Notes under the pieces: generated by a model | Database searches by the model: none | The model's input: the letters and a program-made list of their open reading frames with translations, nothing else | What the model was told of the DNA's origin: nothing | Shown here: one piece after another, positions 19,495-29,814 of the stretch | How the letters are laid out: every line of letters starts with the position of its first letter | Position numbering within the stretch: position 1 is the stretch's first letter | Position numbers and translations under genes: made by a program | DNA from: a virus | Lineage: Duplodnaviria; Caudoviricetes | IMG/VR virus record: IMGVR_UViG_3300020156_000028 | Location: 557 to 64,556 of that record | Strand: one strand, 5' to 3' | DNA: 64,000 nt

Positions 19495-20120
19495 ACAGGT
19501 GGGCCGTCTATGTCGAGGGGCTGGAGTCTATCCAAGACATTGACCGCATGCGCCCGGAAATCCAGTTCAAGATGGTGCAGACGATCAACACGACTACGAC
19601 CCGGTTTCGGACCCGCGCGGCCGAGATGATCCGGGCGCAGGTCAACTTCCCTGCCCGATACCTCAATCCAGCGCAGAAGCGGCTCTATGTGACGCAGAAG
19701 GCGACACGCGGCAAGCCCGAGGGCGTCATCTCGGCTCGGTCGCGGCCGACCTCGCTGGCCCGCTTCGTGACCAACTACACGCCGGGCAAGGAAGGCGTCA
19801 ACGTCGAGGTCGAGCCCGGCAACAGCACGTTCCTCAAGAGGGCCTTCCTCGTGAAGCTTCCGGCCGGAACCGGCCCGGTGGACACCCAGTACAATCTCGG
19901 CCTCGCGATCCGGCTCGGCAAGGGCCAGACCATGCGCAACAAACGCACGGCGATCCGGCTCGACCGGGGCCTCTACCTTCTCTATGGCCCGAGCATCGAT
20001 CAGGTTTTCCTCAACGCAACCGGCGCGCGGGCAGGTGAGGGGGTTGCAACGGAGATGACACCGGATATGCTGGACTTCATGCAGAGGGAGTTCCTTCGCC
20101 TCTGGGATTTGGATTTCTGA
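19491..20120 (+). CDS. Tail completion/neck protein (lambda Z-like)
   Basis: Basic 209 aa; SRPTSLARF, AFLVKL, LLYGPSIDQVF. Confidence 0.75.
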   Translation: MNRWAVYVEGLESIQDIDRMRPEIQFKMVQTINTTTTRFRTRAAEMIRAQVNFPARYLNPAQKRLYVTQKATRGKPEGVISARSRPTSLARFVTNYTPGKEGVNVEVEPGNSTFLKRAFLVKLPAGTGPVDTQYNLGLAIRLGKGQTMRNKRTAIRLDRGLYLLYGPSIDQVFLNATGARAGEGVATEMTPDMLDFMQREFLRLWDLDF

Positions 20121-20121
20121 T

Positions 20122-20688
20122 ATGGCCCCGCTTCCTGACCCTTTTCGACTGGTGATCCTCAAGCGGATCACGGCCGCGCTCGGCGAGATCAACGGCGAAG
20201 ACGGTGGCTACCATAACGACATGCGGCCGTTCCCCGCCACCAAACCAGACGGCACGGAGTTCATGCAGGATCGCGTCTTCCGGGGCCGGGTGATCTTCGG
20301 CGAGGACGATCCCTTGCCCATGATATCCTTGCTGGAGGTGGTGCTGCCGCCAGACCAATATCCGAGCAGCGCGCCGAACCCGAACCGGCACGGCCCGTGG
20401 GATTTGATGATCCAAGGATTCGTGTATGACGATCCGGAAAATCCTACCGATCCGGCGCAATACCTGTTAGCGGATGTAACGAAGCGACTCGCGCAAGAAA
20501 TGCCGAAAGTGTATGACGATGATGGCGGCATCTTCGGGTTCCGGGCCATCACCAAGCTGACGCTCGGCGTGGGTGTGGTTCGGCCGCCGGACGAAATATC
20601 GGCTAAAGCGTATTTCTGGCTTCCGATCACATTGGACTTAGTAGAGGACTTGTCGAACCCCTACGACTACGGCAACTCGGTAATATAA
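20122..20688 (+). CDS. Tail terminator protein
   Basis: RVFRGRVIFGEDDPLPMISLLE, NPTDPAQYLLADV, VVRPPDEISAKAYFWL; precedes tail tube gene. Confidence 0.75.
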   Translation: MAPLPDPFRLVILKRITAALGEINGEDGGYHNDMRPFPATKPDGTEFMQDRVFRGRVIFGEDDPLPMISLLEVVLPPDQYPSSAPNPNRHGPWDLMIQGFVYDDPENPTDPAQYLLADVTKRLAQEMPKVYDDDGGIFGFRAITKLTLGVGVVRPPDEISAKAYFWLPITLDLVEDLSNPYDYGNSVI

Positions 20689-20700
20689 GGAACCGATCAC

Positions 20701-21483
20701 ATGATGGACATCAAGAATTATACGCTCGGTCGCGGCAAGATTTCTTTCGCACGCTTCGCTCCGGGCACGCAGCGCCCCGACGGCTTCGCCTATTTCGGCA
20801 ACACGCCCGAGTTCAACCTGACCATCGAATCCGAAGTGCTCGACCACTTCTCGTCCGATGAAGGTATCCGGGAAAAGGACGACTCCATCCCGTTGCAGGT
20901 CAACCGTACCGGCTCGCTGACGACCGACAATATCGCGGCCCGGAACATCGCCTTGTTCTTCTTCGGCGATGACTCGCTGGTGACGCAGGTCGCGGCGACG
21001 GCTCAGTCCGAAACGCTGGAAGGCATCAAGCTCGGTCACTCCTACCGGCTAGGCATGACCACGGCCAACCCGACCGGGTTCTTCGGCATTGACACGGCCG
21101 ATCTGACTCTGACGACCGGCGCAGTTCCTCTGGTGGTGGACGTGGACTATACGATCAAGCCCGAGTTTGGCACGATCACCTTCCTCGAAAGCTCGACGGT
21201 CGTCACCGACGGCGACGACGTGGACGTGGACTACTCGATCAAGGCGTCCACGCGCGAGCGCATCATCTCCGGCACGCAGCCGGTTGAAGGCGCGCTGATG
21301 TACGAGGCGACCAATCCGAAGGGCAAGCTGTTCCACTACTACATGCCCTACGTGAAGATCAGCCCGAACGGCGACTATGCTCTCAAGAGCGACGAGTGGC
21401 AGGCGATCCCGTTCACGCTGGATATCCAGAAGCCGAACGTCGGCGAGGCGATCTACGTTGACGGGGCTCCGGCCTTCTCGTAA
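20701..21483 (+). CDS. Major tail tube protein
   Basis: NYTLGRGK, YFGNTPEF, LDHFSSDEGIREKD, NPKG, ISPNGDYALKSDEW. Confidence 0.88.
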   Translation: MMDIKNYTLGRGKISFARFAPGTQRPDGFAYFGNTPEFNLTIESEVLDHFSSDEGIREKDDSIPLQVNRTGSLTTDNIAARNIALFFFGDDSLVTQVAATAQSETLEGIKLGHSYRLGMTTANPTGFFGIDTADLTLTTGAVPLVVDVDYTIKPEFGTITFLESSTVVTDGDDVDVDYSIKASTRERIISGTQPVEGALMYEATNPKGKLFHYYMPYVKISPNGDYALKSDEWQAIPFTLDIQKPNVGEAIYVDGAPAFS

Positions 21484-21525
21484 GACTGACGGCGCGACCA
21501 ACGCTTGACCTGACAGGAGTACACA

Positions 21526-22053
21526 ATGGGTAAAGTAAGTTTGCGCGATGTCGTGGTGACACGCGCGCCGGTCTACGTGACCGAGGAAGATTATTTCGAG
21601 GTTCGCGGAGTATCCCTCGCCGACATCATCCGGCTCTTCAACAAATATACAGCCGAGATGCTTGAACTGTTCGATGATTTCATGGCCGCGCGTGAGGCCA
21701 ACGGCGGCGAAATCTCGACTGGCTTCGTGGCTACTTTCTTGCAGAACGCAATGATCAAGGCCCCGGACATCGTGTTCGAACTGATTGTCATGGCGTCCGA
21801 AGACGATGACCCGCAGGCGCGGGCGAACGTGGAAAACCTGCGGTTCGGCGTGCAGGTCGAAGCCCTGAATCAGATCATGTTGCTCTCCATCAGTTCGGAG
21901 GCCGAGCTAAAAAAGCTGGTGGAGGTCGCCACGAAAGCGATTACTTTCGTGACCGGCCTCGTACTCCGCTTGAGGAAGAACATGAATCAGCCGAGCGGCT
22001 TTCGCTTCCCGGATGGATTTGGGGACTCCGCAAACGGGTCAACCAACTCGTAG
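21526..22053 (+). CDS. Tail assembly chaperone (G)
   Basis: Between tail tube and tape measure; EVRGVSLADI; in-frame A AAA AAG slippery site at 21909-21915. Confidence 0.85.
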   Translation: MGKVSLRDVVVTRAPVYVTEEDYFEVRGVSLADIIRLFNKYTAEMLELFDDFMAAREANGGEISTGFVATFLQNAMIKAPDIVFELIVMASEDDDPQARANVENLRFGVQVEALNQIMLLSISSEAELKKLVEVATKAITFVTGLVLRLRKNMNQPSGFRFPDGFGDSANGSTNS

Positions 22054-22289
22054 CGGCGGGCTACGGAGAAGACGCTTGGTTCTATCCGGTCGGTTGGGTA
22101 TATGATGAATCGAATATCATCATTGCACGGGAAAACGCTCGGATTCACACCGAAGTCAGCTTGATCCAGTCGGCCATTACGACGATATTCAGCAACAAGG
22201 GGCAACAGGCTTTCCAGAAGGCCATGGGCTCCTTGCACACCGATGTCGGGCCGCCTACCAAGCCGTCGCCGAGCCCCTACGAGGAATAG
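21526..22289 (+). CDS. Tail assembly chaperone G-T, -1 programmed frameshift product
   Basis: -1 frame is open from the slippery site to TAG at 22287-22289, 4 nt before the tape measure ATG. Confidence 0.8.
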
Positions 22290-22293
22290 GTAA

Positions 22294-25200
22294 ATGGCCC
22301 CGAACCGCCGCGAAGTCGATCTCATTGTAAGGGCGAAAGACGACGCGGTAACGGTGGTCAATGCTGTCACCGCCGCCCTCAATTCGATGGTCGGCGCGCA
22401 GGAAAAAGTCACCAAGGCGGCCAAGGACACAGACGGCGGTTTCGGCGGCCTCGTGGCGGCCGTCACGGAACTCGACAAGGCCCTCAAGGGGGCCTCCGGC
22501 GCGGACAAGCTGGCGGGCGATCTGGAGAAAGCCCAGAAGTCGCTCTCCAGCCTGCGCACGGAACTGGAGCGCGCCGAGACCGGACTGGAGAAAGTTCAGC
22601 GGGAGGCCACGGAAGCCGCCGCTGCCACGGCCAAGCTGCGCGATCAGTCGGCCGCCCTTGAAAAACAGCTATCGGACCAGAACGCCCGGATGACGAAATC
22701 CGTGGCCGAAGCCGACAAGCTCAAGACCGCCCTCAACGAAAACAATACCACGGTCAATAAGCTAACGAAGTCGATCCCGAACCTGACCAAGCAGATCGCG
22801 GATCAGGAAGCCAAAGTCACCGAGACGGCGGCAAAGTTCGAACGCTACTCCGAAGGCGTGCGGCAGGCCGAGAAGCCGAGCCGCACGTTGCAGGAACGGC
22901 TCGCCAATACCGAGACCCGACTGACCAAGCAGACGGCGCGGCTGGAGGAGCTTCGCGCCAAGCTCACGGAGTCCAAGACGACACTGGAGGGCGCGGCGGC
23001 GGCCGTCGTCCAGTTCAAGGCCGGGCTGGAATCGGCCGAGGCCAGTATCAAAGAACAGACGGCGGCGATTGCCGGGACGAGCGCCCAGATCAAGAACCTC
23101 AAGGGTTCGATCAAGGAAGCGGCGGCGCACGAGCGCGAACTGGACAAGGAAGCGAACAAGGCGTCCGTAACACTGGAGCGCCAGAAGGGCTCGCTCGCAG
23201 GGGCCGAGAAGAATTTTGAGACCTTGAGCACGGCCGTTGGCAAGGCCGGAGCCGCGATGTCGGAAGTGGCCGCCAAGGCGCGCGGCCCGCTCCGGGAAGC
23301 GATCTCGGCGCAGCAGTCGGCGGTCTCCCGGATCAACAATGAGTTCCAGCGCGTCCGTAGCGAGCTTGCGCAGGTTGGCGCGGCGATGGGCCGGGCCGGG
23401 GTGCCGACCAAAGAGATGTCGGAAACCTACGCCCGACTGACCGTGGCGCTGCGGGAAATCAGCCAGTCGTTCAACGATCAGAAGGCCACGCTCGCGTCCA
23501 TGCGCGGCGAGTATGCGAACCTGTCTGGCGATACGGCGGAACTGGCGGCAGTCACGGGCCGGTTCGAACAGGCGCTTGAAGAGTCGGCAGCGGCCCTCCA
23601 GCGGTCGCAGCAGATCGCGGCCAAGGCGGAAGGGTCGAACGCACGTCTGGCGACCTCGACGCAGCGAGCGGCCGTTGCACAAGGCACCGTGGTCCGTGAG
23701 ACGCGACAAGCAGCCACGACCACCAATCAGGCCGCCGTCGCCACGAACCGCCTCAGTGACGCTTACAGGCGGCTTTACGGCGAAAGCCGTCAGGCCATGT
23801 CCTATACGCAGCGGTTGCGCGGCGAGGTGCTGTCCCTGATTTCGGCCTACGGCGGTATCTTCGGCGTGATCCAGATGCTCGGCGATGTCGTCAATGCCAC
23901 GACCAAGCTGGAGGGCGCGCAGTCTCGTCTTAACGCCCTGTACGGCGGCGACCAGATGCAGGCCGCGCAGGAATACGAGTTCATCCAGCGGCAGGCGAAC
24001 CGGCTCGGTATCGATATCGGCGACCTCGCCGACCAGTACACGAAGTTCACGGCCGCGACCAAGGGAACGGTCATTGCTGGTGAAGAGTCACGCCGCATCT
24101 TCCTCCGGGTCGCCGAGGCGGGCCGGGTCAACGGCCTGTCAATGGATGACATGTCGGGTATTTTCCGAGCACTCGTTCAAATTGCGAGTAAGGGGAAGGT
24201 ACAACTAGAAGAGTTGTCCGGCCAGCTTGGCGACCGTCTGCCGGGCGCGCTACAGATCATGGCCGACGGCCTCGGCATCACGGTCGAAGAACTCCTCAAG
24301 ATGACCAAAGAAGGCGAGGTGTCGAGCAGCGCACTCTCGGCCTTCGCTGACAATTTGGAAGAGCGGTACGGTGACGCGCTGCCGGACGCCCTCAAGAACA
24401 CCAGTGCGGTTCTCGGCCGATTCCGAAACGCGGTCACGGAGGCGTTGCTGGCGTTCGGCCAAGGCGGCTTTATCGAGGGGTTCAACGAACTCCTGATCTC
24501 CATGACCGAGACTCTTCGGTCGGCGGATTTCCGGGCCTTCGCGGAGAATGTGTCGTCGGCATTTGGTCTTATCGCGAAGGCGATGGCCTTTCTCGCCGAA
24601 AACTTCAAGCTGGTCGTGTTCGCCGCGAACGCCTTCCTCGCGATCAAGCTTGTTCCGTTCCTCGGTTCGCTGGCGCTCGGGTTCCAGCGGTACGGCCAAT
24701 CGATCAATCAGGCGGCCATTCAGGCGCGCGTGTTCAATCGCGAGCAGCAGATGCTCGCGGCGCAGAGCGGCGTGGCGGCCAGCCGTATTGGCATGCTCGG
24801 CGTGGCCGCACGCGGGATCGGCGGCGGGCTGGCGGGCGTCGGCATCAGTGTGATTGTCGGCATCCTGACGAATTGGATCACGTCGGCGGATGCCGTCAAC
24901 GTGGCGATGACCGAGCATGAAGAAATCATGCAGAAGGTCAAAAGCGCCTATGACACGACTAAGAAGTCGGTCGAGGAATGGCGCAAGGAATTGGCGCTCG
25001 TTTCGACCAAACAACTCCTCGACAATATCAAGCAGGTCGAGGCCGCCGTGGAAACACTGGTGGGAGAACGGTTGTCGCCGTTCGAATTGATCGATCCCGA
25101 CATGTACCCCGAACTGGGGAAGATCGCGCAGCAGGTGACGAAGGTCATGACTGCCTTCTTCGCCGGGGAAAAATCGGCGGCCGATTATGTCAAGGAACTG

Positions 25201-27318
25201 AACGCTCTTTCGCAGGAGGCGGCCAAGCTCGGCGTTAACGGCGGGCCGATGTCGAACGCCATTGAAGGCGCGATCAAACTGGCCGAAGCGGACGAAAAGG
25301 TTGTTCTTGCCGCTCGCGATGCCAAGGACGCCTTGATCGTTCAGACCGGAGAGACGGATAAAGCCACCGAGGCGATGGACCGCATCATGCGGAAAACCGA
25401 GGAAGCCTCGGACGCCACGGCTCGTATTACGGCATCGTCCAGCAAGTTCAACACCGCACTCGAAGAAATGAAGGCTCTGATCCCCGAGATCAACAAGGGC
25501 CTTGACGAGATGAAGGACAAGGCGAAGCTGGACGAAGCGTTCCAGTCAGCCGCCCGTGCCGCGCAGACCATCAGTGAATTGGCCGGGGCCGTCAATACAT
25601 ACAATTCCGCCCTTAACGGCATGCTCGCCAATGCCGCAGCGAAGAACCTGTCAGGGATCACCAGCGGCGTAGAGGCGGCGGCTACGATTCTTCGGGACCG
25701 TGAGGATTTCCGGTCCACCCCGTACTGGGATGTCAACGCGAATCGGATCGGGTTCGGTTCGGATACCGTCACCTTGGACGACGGCTCCGTGCAGAAGGTC
25801 GTCAAGGGCATGCGTATCTCGGTCGAGGACGCGAACCGAGACCTGTACCGGCGCATCGGTGAGTTCAATGAGACGATCAAGGGGCAGATCGGTTCGGACA
25901 CCTTCTCCGGGTTCTCCCCGGCGCAGCAGGGCGTGCTCACGTCCATCGCCTACAATTATGGTTCGCTGCCGCAGAGGATCGTGGACGCGATCAAGAATGG
26001 CGGCACGGACGCGCAGATCGCGGAAGCCATCCGAGGGCTCCAGAATGACAACGCTGGTGTCAACCGGGAACGGCGACTCTACGAGGCGGCTGCGTTCCAG
26101 CACGGGACCGATGTAGAAGGCGGCACCAAAGCGTATCTGGACGAACAGAAAAAGATCACCGAGGAGAAAGAAAAACAGGTCGAGAAGACCAAGGAACTGC
26201 AACAGTCCGAAGCTCTCGCGCTCCAGACGGCCGAGCTTGAGGCCAGCCTGAAAAACGCCGATGTCGTCAAGCGCCAGACCGAGCTTGAGCTTGCGAAGGA
26301 ACGTGCCAAGTATGAGCGGGAAGGTATCGAGTTCACAAAGGAAGCGGAAGAATCGATACGCCGCCGCGTTGAACTCCAGTATCGAGAGCAGGCCACGCAG
26401 GACGCGATCAACGCCAAGAAAAAGGTGGCCGAGGACGCGGAGAACCGGGTCAACGCGCTGATCACGCAGCGCGAACAATTGCTCAAGCAGTCGGCGCTCT
26501 TCCGGGCGCAGGGCAACACTGGCGCGGCCGAACAGGCGACCACGCAGGCCAACGCCCTGACGGCCGAGATCGACAAGGCCACGGCCGCAGCTATCCGCAT
26601 GTGGGAGGCTGTAGGCGGGACCGACGCGCAGGCCAAAATCCAGTCGCTCCGCACGGCGGCCATGGAGGCGAAAAACCTCGCCAACACCGGCAATGCTGTG
26701 CAGGCCATGTGGACGGAAGTCGGTCGCTCCCTCGGCGAGAACTTGGTCAACGCTTTCGACCAGTTCGCGCAGGCGGTTGCCAACGGCGAGAACGCATGGA
26801 AGGCGCTCGGCCGGGCGATGCAGCAGGCCGCCGCGCAATTCCTTATCGACATCGGCAAGATGATCGTCCGGCAGATGATCTTCAACGCGATCTCGGGCTT
26901 CTTCCCCGGCATCACGCCCGGAGCCAACGGGCTGTTCCACTCCGGCACCGGCAACGGCACCTTCGGGTCCAATCTGCCCAACAGAAGCCGCAGCGTCGAT
27001 CCGCGTGTATTCGCCAACGCACCGCGCTTCCACAAAGGCTACAACGCCGGGCTCAAGCATGGAGAGATGGCGGCCATCGTGGAGCGCACGGAGGCCATCA
27101 TGACGGAGGATTCGCCGTTCCATCCGAACAATCAGGCCAAGACCCTCGGCGCGGCCGCAGCAGCCGGGGCCGGTTCCGGCGGCCCGAACATCAAGATCGT
27201 CAACGCCATTGACGCGGGCGATTTCGTGAGCGAAGGCTTGAACACGGCGGTCGGCGAGCAGGCCATGTTGAACTTCATCCGCAAGAACAAGAGCAGCTTC
27301 AAAGAGGTCGTGTCGTAA
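22294..27318 (+). CDS. Tape measure protein with embedded lysozyme-like domain
   Basis: 1674 aa, coiled-coil and Ala-rich; QIASKGKVQLEELSGQLGDRLPGA tape-measure motif; REDFRSTPYWD..IGFG..SIAYNYG..RRLYEA lysozyme segment. Confidence 0.93.
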   Translation: MAPNRREVDLIVRAKDDAVTVVNAVTAALNSMVGAQEKVTKAAKDTDGGFGGLVAAVTELDKALKGASGADKLAGDLEKAQKSLSSLRTELERAETGLEKVQREATEAAAATAKLRDQSAALEKQLSDQNARMTKSVAEADKLKTALNENNTTVNKLTKSIPNLTKQIADQEAKVTETAAKFERYSEGVRQAEKPSRTLQERLANTETRLTKQTARLEELRAKLTESKTTLEGAAAAVVQFKAGLESAEASIKEQTAAIAGTSAQIKNLKGSIKEAAAHERELDKEANKASVTLERQKGSLAGAEKNFETLSTAVGKAGAAMSEVAAKARGPLREAISAQQSAVSRINNEFQRVRSELAQVGAAMGRAGVPTKEMSETYARLTVALREISQSFNDQKATLASMRGEYANLSGDTAELAAVTGRFEQALEESAAALQRSQQIAAKAEGSNARLATSTQRAAVAQGTVVRETRQAATTTNQAAVATNRLSDAYRRLYGESRQAMSYTQRLRGEVLSLISAYGGIFGVIQMLGDVVNATTKLEGAQSRLNALYGGDQMQAAQEYEFIQRQANRLGIDIGDLADQYTKFTAATKGTVIAGEESRRIFLRVAEAGRVNGLSMDDMSGIFRALVQIASKGKVQLEELSGQLGDRLPGALQIMADGLGITVEELLKMTKEGEVSSSALSAFADNLEERYGDALPDALKNTSAVLGRFRNAVTEALLAFGQGGFIEGFNELLISMTETLRSADFRAFAENVSSAFGLIAKAMAFLAENFKLVVFAANAFLAIKLVPFLGSLALGFQRYGQSINQAAIQARVFNREQQMLAAQSGVAASRIGMLGVAARGIGGGLAGVGISVIVGILTNWITSADAVNVAMTEHEEIMQKVKSAYDTTKKSVEEWRKELALVSTKQLLDNIKQVEAAVETLVGERLSPFELIDPDMYPELGKIAQQVTKVMTAFFAGEKSAADYVKELNALSQEAAKLGVNGGPMSNAIEGAIKLAEADEKVVLAARDAKDALIVQTGETDKATEAMDRIMRKTEEASDATARITASSSKFNTALEEMKALIPEINKGLDEMKDKAKLDEAFQSAARAAQTISELAGAVNTYNSALNGMLANAAAKNLSGITSGVEAAATILRDREDFRSTPYWDVNANRIGFGSDTVTLDDGSVQKVVKGMRISVEDANRDLYRRIGEFNETIKGQIGSDTFSGFSPAQQGVLTSIAYNYGSLPQRIVDAIKNGGTDAQIAEAIRGLQNDNAGVNRERRLYEAAAFQHGTDVEGGTKAYLDEQKKITEEKEKQVEKTKELQQSEALALQTAELEASLKNADVVKRQTELELAKERAKYEREGIEFTKEAEESIRRRVELQYREQATQDAINAKKKVAEDAENRVNALITQREQLLKQSALFRAQGNTGAAEQATTQANALTAEIDKATAAAIRMWEAVGGTDAQAKIQSLRTAAMEAKNLANTGNAVQAMWTEVGRSLGENLVNAFDQFAQAVANGENAWKALGRAMQQAAAQFLIDIGKMIVRQMIFNAISGFFPGITPGANGLFHSGTGNGTFGSNLPNRSRSVDPRVFANAPRFHKGYNAGLKHGEMAAIVERTEAIMTEDSPFHPNNQAKTLGAAAAAGAGSGGPNIKIVNAIDAGDFVSEGLNTAVGEQAMLNFIRKNKSSFKEVVS

Positions 27319-28553
27319 TGGCAGTCCTGACCGAGAACCCGGCCGATACCGACCCGTTTCGGATCATGCCGCTGGCGCACAATTGGTCGTCACCGTACCG
27401 CTATTCCGTAGAGTTCAAGACCGATATCATCACCTCGGTAAACGGCCGCGAGCAGCGCCGGGCCGTGCGCCACAAGCCGCGCCACTTCGCCGAGATGTCC
27501 GCGAACATGAACGGCCGCTCGCGCGTCAACATGGACCTCCTGATGACGGGGTGGCACACAAAGCCGGTTCTTGTAGGGTTGGAGCAGTTCGCCGTCCGAA
27601 CGGCCGGACCCATGGCCCCCGAGCAAGACAACATCGTGTTCCTCGCACCTCCGGGCGGTCAATTCTGGTTCCAGCCGGGCCAGACTGTAGTGATCGTGCA
27701 TGCCGACGATCCCGCGATCCGGGAGAGCCGGGTCGTCGCCTCGGCCAACCCGACATCTCTCGGTTTCGTAGACTCCACGGAATCGGAGTTCCCTATGCGG
27801 TCTCGGATTATGCCCGCCTATCTGGCGTATCTGGAGCCCGAGCAGGCGATCTCTCGGCTGACGAACCGGGTCGCCACGGCAGGCCAACGTATCGTCTTCA
27901 TGCCCGAAAGCACGCCACCGTTGTTCCCGGCCGATCCTGTTTATGAAGGCCCCTACGAGATTTTTCAGTGGAAGCCGAACTGGGGCGGCGCGCAGGACAT
28001 GACCTATTCGTGGCCTCGATCCATGATCGATTACGGCTACGGCCGAGTGAAGAGTGAAAGCCCCATCGCTTTCCCGACGCGCATCTACAAGCACGATTAT
28101 GTCGGCCGCAGTCACGCCGAGACCTACGCCATCATGGCGTTCTTCCAGCGGCATTTCGGGATGCAGCGGGAGTTCTTCATGCCGACATGGGAGGACGACA
28201 TTCCCTTCACGTCGCTGGCGGGCGGCGGGCAGTCGATTCTCGTGGATGGCCCGGCCTTCGGTACGATCTACGAGGACTCGTCGGTCTTCCGCCGGATCAT
28301 GCTGCGCTACCCTGACGGCTCGGTCAGCTACCATCAGGTCGAATACATCCAGCCGTTGCCCGATACGAACTCCTCGGTCGTGCGCGTAACCGAACCCCTG
28401 CCGGTGACGGAATTGACGCCGCAGACGGTCCTCGGTATCTCTTGGCTCCTCGTCGCCCGGTTCGCCATCGACCGGATGGATGTAGATTTCCTGACCAACA
28501 GCGTCTCGCAATTCAGCCTGACGATGCAAACGCTAGAGAATTTCGAGCTATGA
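27318..28553 (+). CDS. Distal tail/minor tail protein
   Basis: Follows tape measure; internally duplicated NW..EFKTDII..GREQRRA / PNW..REFFMPTW pattern. Confidence 0.75.
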   Translation: MAVLTENPADTDPFRIMPLAHNWSSPYRYSVEFKTDIITSVNGREQRRAVRHKPRHFAEMSANMNGRSRVNMDLLMTGWHTKPVLVGLEQFAVRTAGPMAPEQDNIVFLAPPGGQFWFQPGQTVVIVHADDPAIRESRVVASANPTSLGFVDSTESEFPMRSRIMPAYLAYLEPEQAISRLTNRVATAGQRIVFMPESTPPLFPADPVYEGPYEIFQWKPNWGGAQDMTYSWPRSMIDYGYGRVKSESPIAFPTRIYKHDYVGRSHAETYAIMAFFQRHFGMQREFFMPTWEDDIPFTSLAGGGQSILVDGPAFGTIYEDSSVFRRIMLRYPDGSVSYHQVEYIQPLPDTNSSVVRVTEPLPVTELTPQTVLGISWLLVARFAIDRMDVDFLTNSVSQFSLTMQTLENFEL

Positions 28554-29374
28554 CCTACATCGAAGCCGAGCAGTCAAAAGAACGCGCGGTCCCGTATGAG
28601 CTTTACACCTTCACCTTCGGGCCGAACCCGGAGAATGTCTACCGCTATACCAACGCGGTCGAGGCGATTGACGACTACGAGCCTATCCCGATCCAGCGCG
28701 ACCAGTACAAGACGACCGGCAAGGCCGAGCGTGACCAAATGAACATCCGCGTTCCGATCTCGGCCGGGATCGCGCAGATGATCTTGCCCTACCCGCCGCC
28801 GCACGAGGTCTCGGTGGAAATCCGCCAAGGCCACTTCGACCAAGGCGATGCCATGGTGGTCTGGGTTGGCCGGTTGCTCTCCAATGCCTACGAGGACGGC
28901 GGCGCGGTCGTGCTGACCTGCGAATCTACGCTGATCTCGCTCAAGAGGCAGGGGGTTCGCCGTCGCTGGCAGGTCGGGTGCCCGTTGCTTCTCTACTCGG
29001 AAGGCGTCGGTCAATGCAATGCGAACCGGGACGACTTCACGGTGGAAGCGGTCGTGGTGGATTTCGAGGACAGCATGCCGGTCTTCAATCCCGGTTGGAA
29101 TGGACCTTGGCCGATCAAGCAGTTCATAACCGGCATGCTACAGTGGACTTCGCAGTACGGCACGGAGTATCGTTCGATCCGGCAAACCACCGAGACCAAG
29201 GTGATCTTCAACGGGCCATTGCGGGGAGTCGAGATCGGGATGACAGTCAAGCTGATCCTCGGCTGCAATCACCGTCAGAAAGATTGCCGTGAGGTATTCG
29301 ACAATATTCTGAATTATGGCGGCGATCCGTGGATGCCTCTGCAAAATCCCGTTCGCAATCCGAATTTCTGGTGA
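28550..29374 (+). CDS. Tail assembly protein, BR0599/DUF2163-like (Cys-rich)
   Basis: CPLLLY..QC and GCNHRQKDCREVFDNILNYGGDPWMP motifs. Confidence 0.82.
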   Translation: MTYIEAEQSKERAVPYELYTFTFGPNPENVYRYTNAVEAIDDYEPIPIQRDQYKTTGKAERDQMNIRVPISAGIAQMILPYPPPHEVSVEIRQGHFDQGDAMVVWVGRLLSNAYEDGGAVVLTCESTLISLKRQGVRRRWQVGCPLLLYSEGVGQCNANRDDFTVEAVVVDFEDSMPVFNPGWNGPWPIKQFITGMLQWTSQYGTEYRSIRQTTETKVIFNGPLRGVEIGMTVKLILGCNHRQKDCREVFDNILNYGGDPWMPLQNPVRNPNFW

Positions 29375-29380
29375 TCGCGT

Positions 29381-29611
29381 ATGTTGCTTCAACTCCTCGC
29401 GGGCGTGGCCCTGATGATCCTTGGATACCTCCTGATGCCCCGGCCACCGCAGGAGAAGCAGGAGATCACCGAAATGGAAGGCCCGACGGCCGAGAGCCGG
29501 GAGATTCCGTGGTTGTTTGGCGAAATGACGATCAAGGCCCCGAACTTTCTCGGCTGGTGGGACAAACAGTACAAGAACAAGGAAGATGACAGCGGGAGCA
29601 AGAAGAAATGA
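29381..29611 (+). CDS. Small tail assembly protein
   Basis: Hydrophobic N-terminus then PTAESREIPWLFGEMTIKAPN. Confidence 0.75.
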   Translation: MLLQLLAGVALMILGYLLMPRPPQEKQEITEMEGPTAESREIPWLFGEMTIKAPNFLGWWDKQYKNKEDDSGSKKK

Positions 29612-29814
29612 ACGAGCCCCCGATCACCATGTCCGAAGCCAATCAAGCCGGTTATTGCGCTCGCGGTCAGCGCAGGTTTCTTCGCGAGCGCGTGCCCGAC
29701 TGGCGCGACTATGTGAAGAACGGCCTGCCTATCGAGCTTGCTCGTGAGATCAACCCCGCCATGACCGAGCATATCCTCAAGCTTCGGGAGGCGCGCCGTG
29801 GGAAAGAAACCTGA
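29608..29814 (+). CDS. Small tail assembly protein
   Basis: GYCARGQRRF...DWRDYVKNGLP motif typical of this tail cluster. Confidence 0.75.
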   Translation: MNEPPITMSEANQAGYCARGQRRFLRERVPDWRDYVKNGLPIELAREINPAMTEHILKLREARRGKET

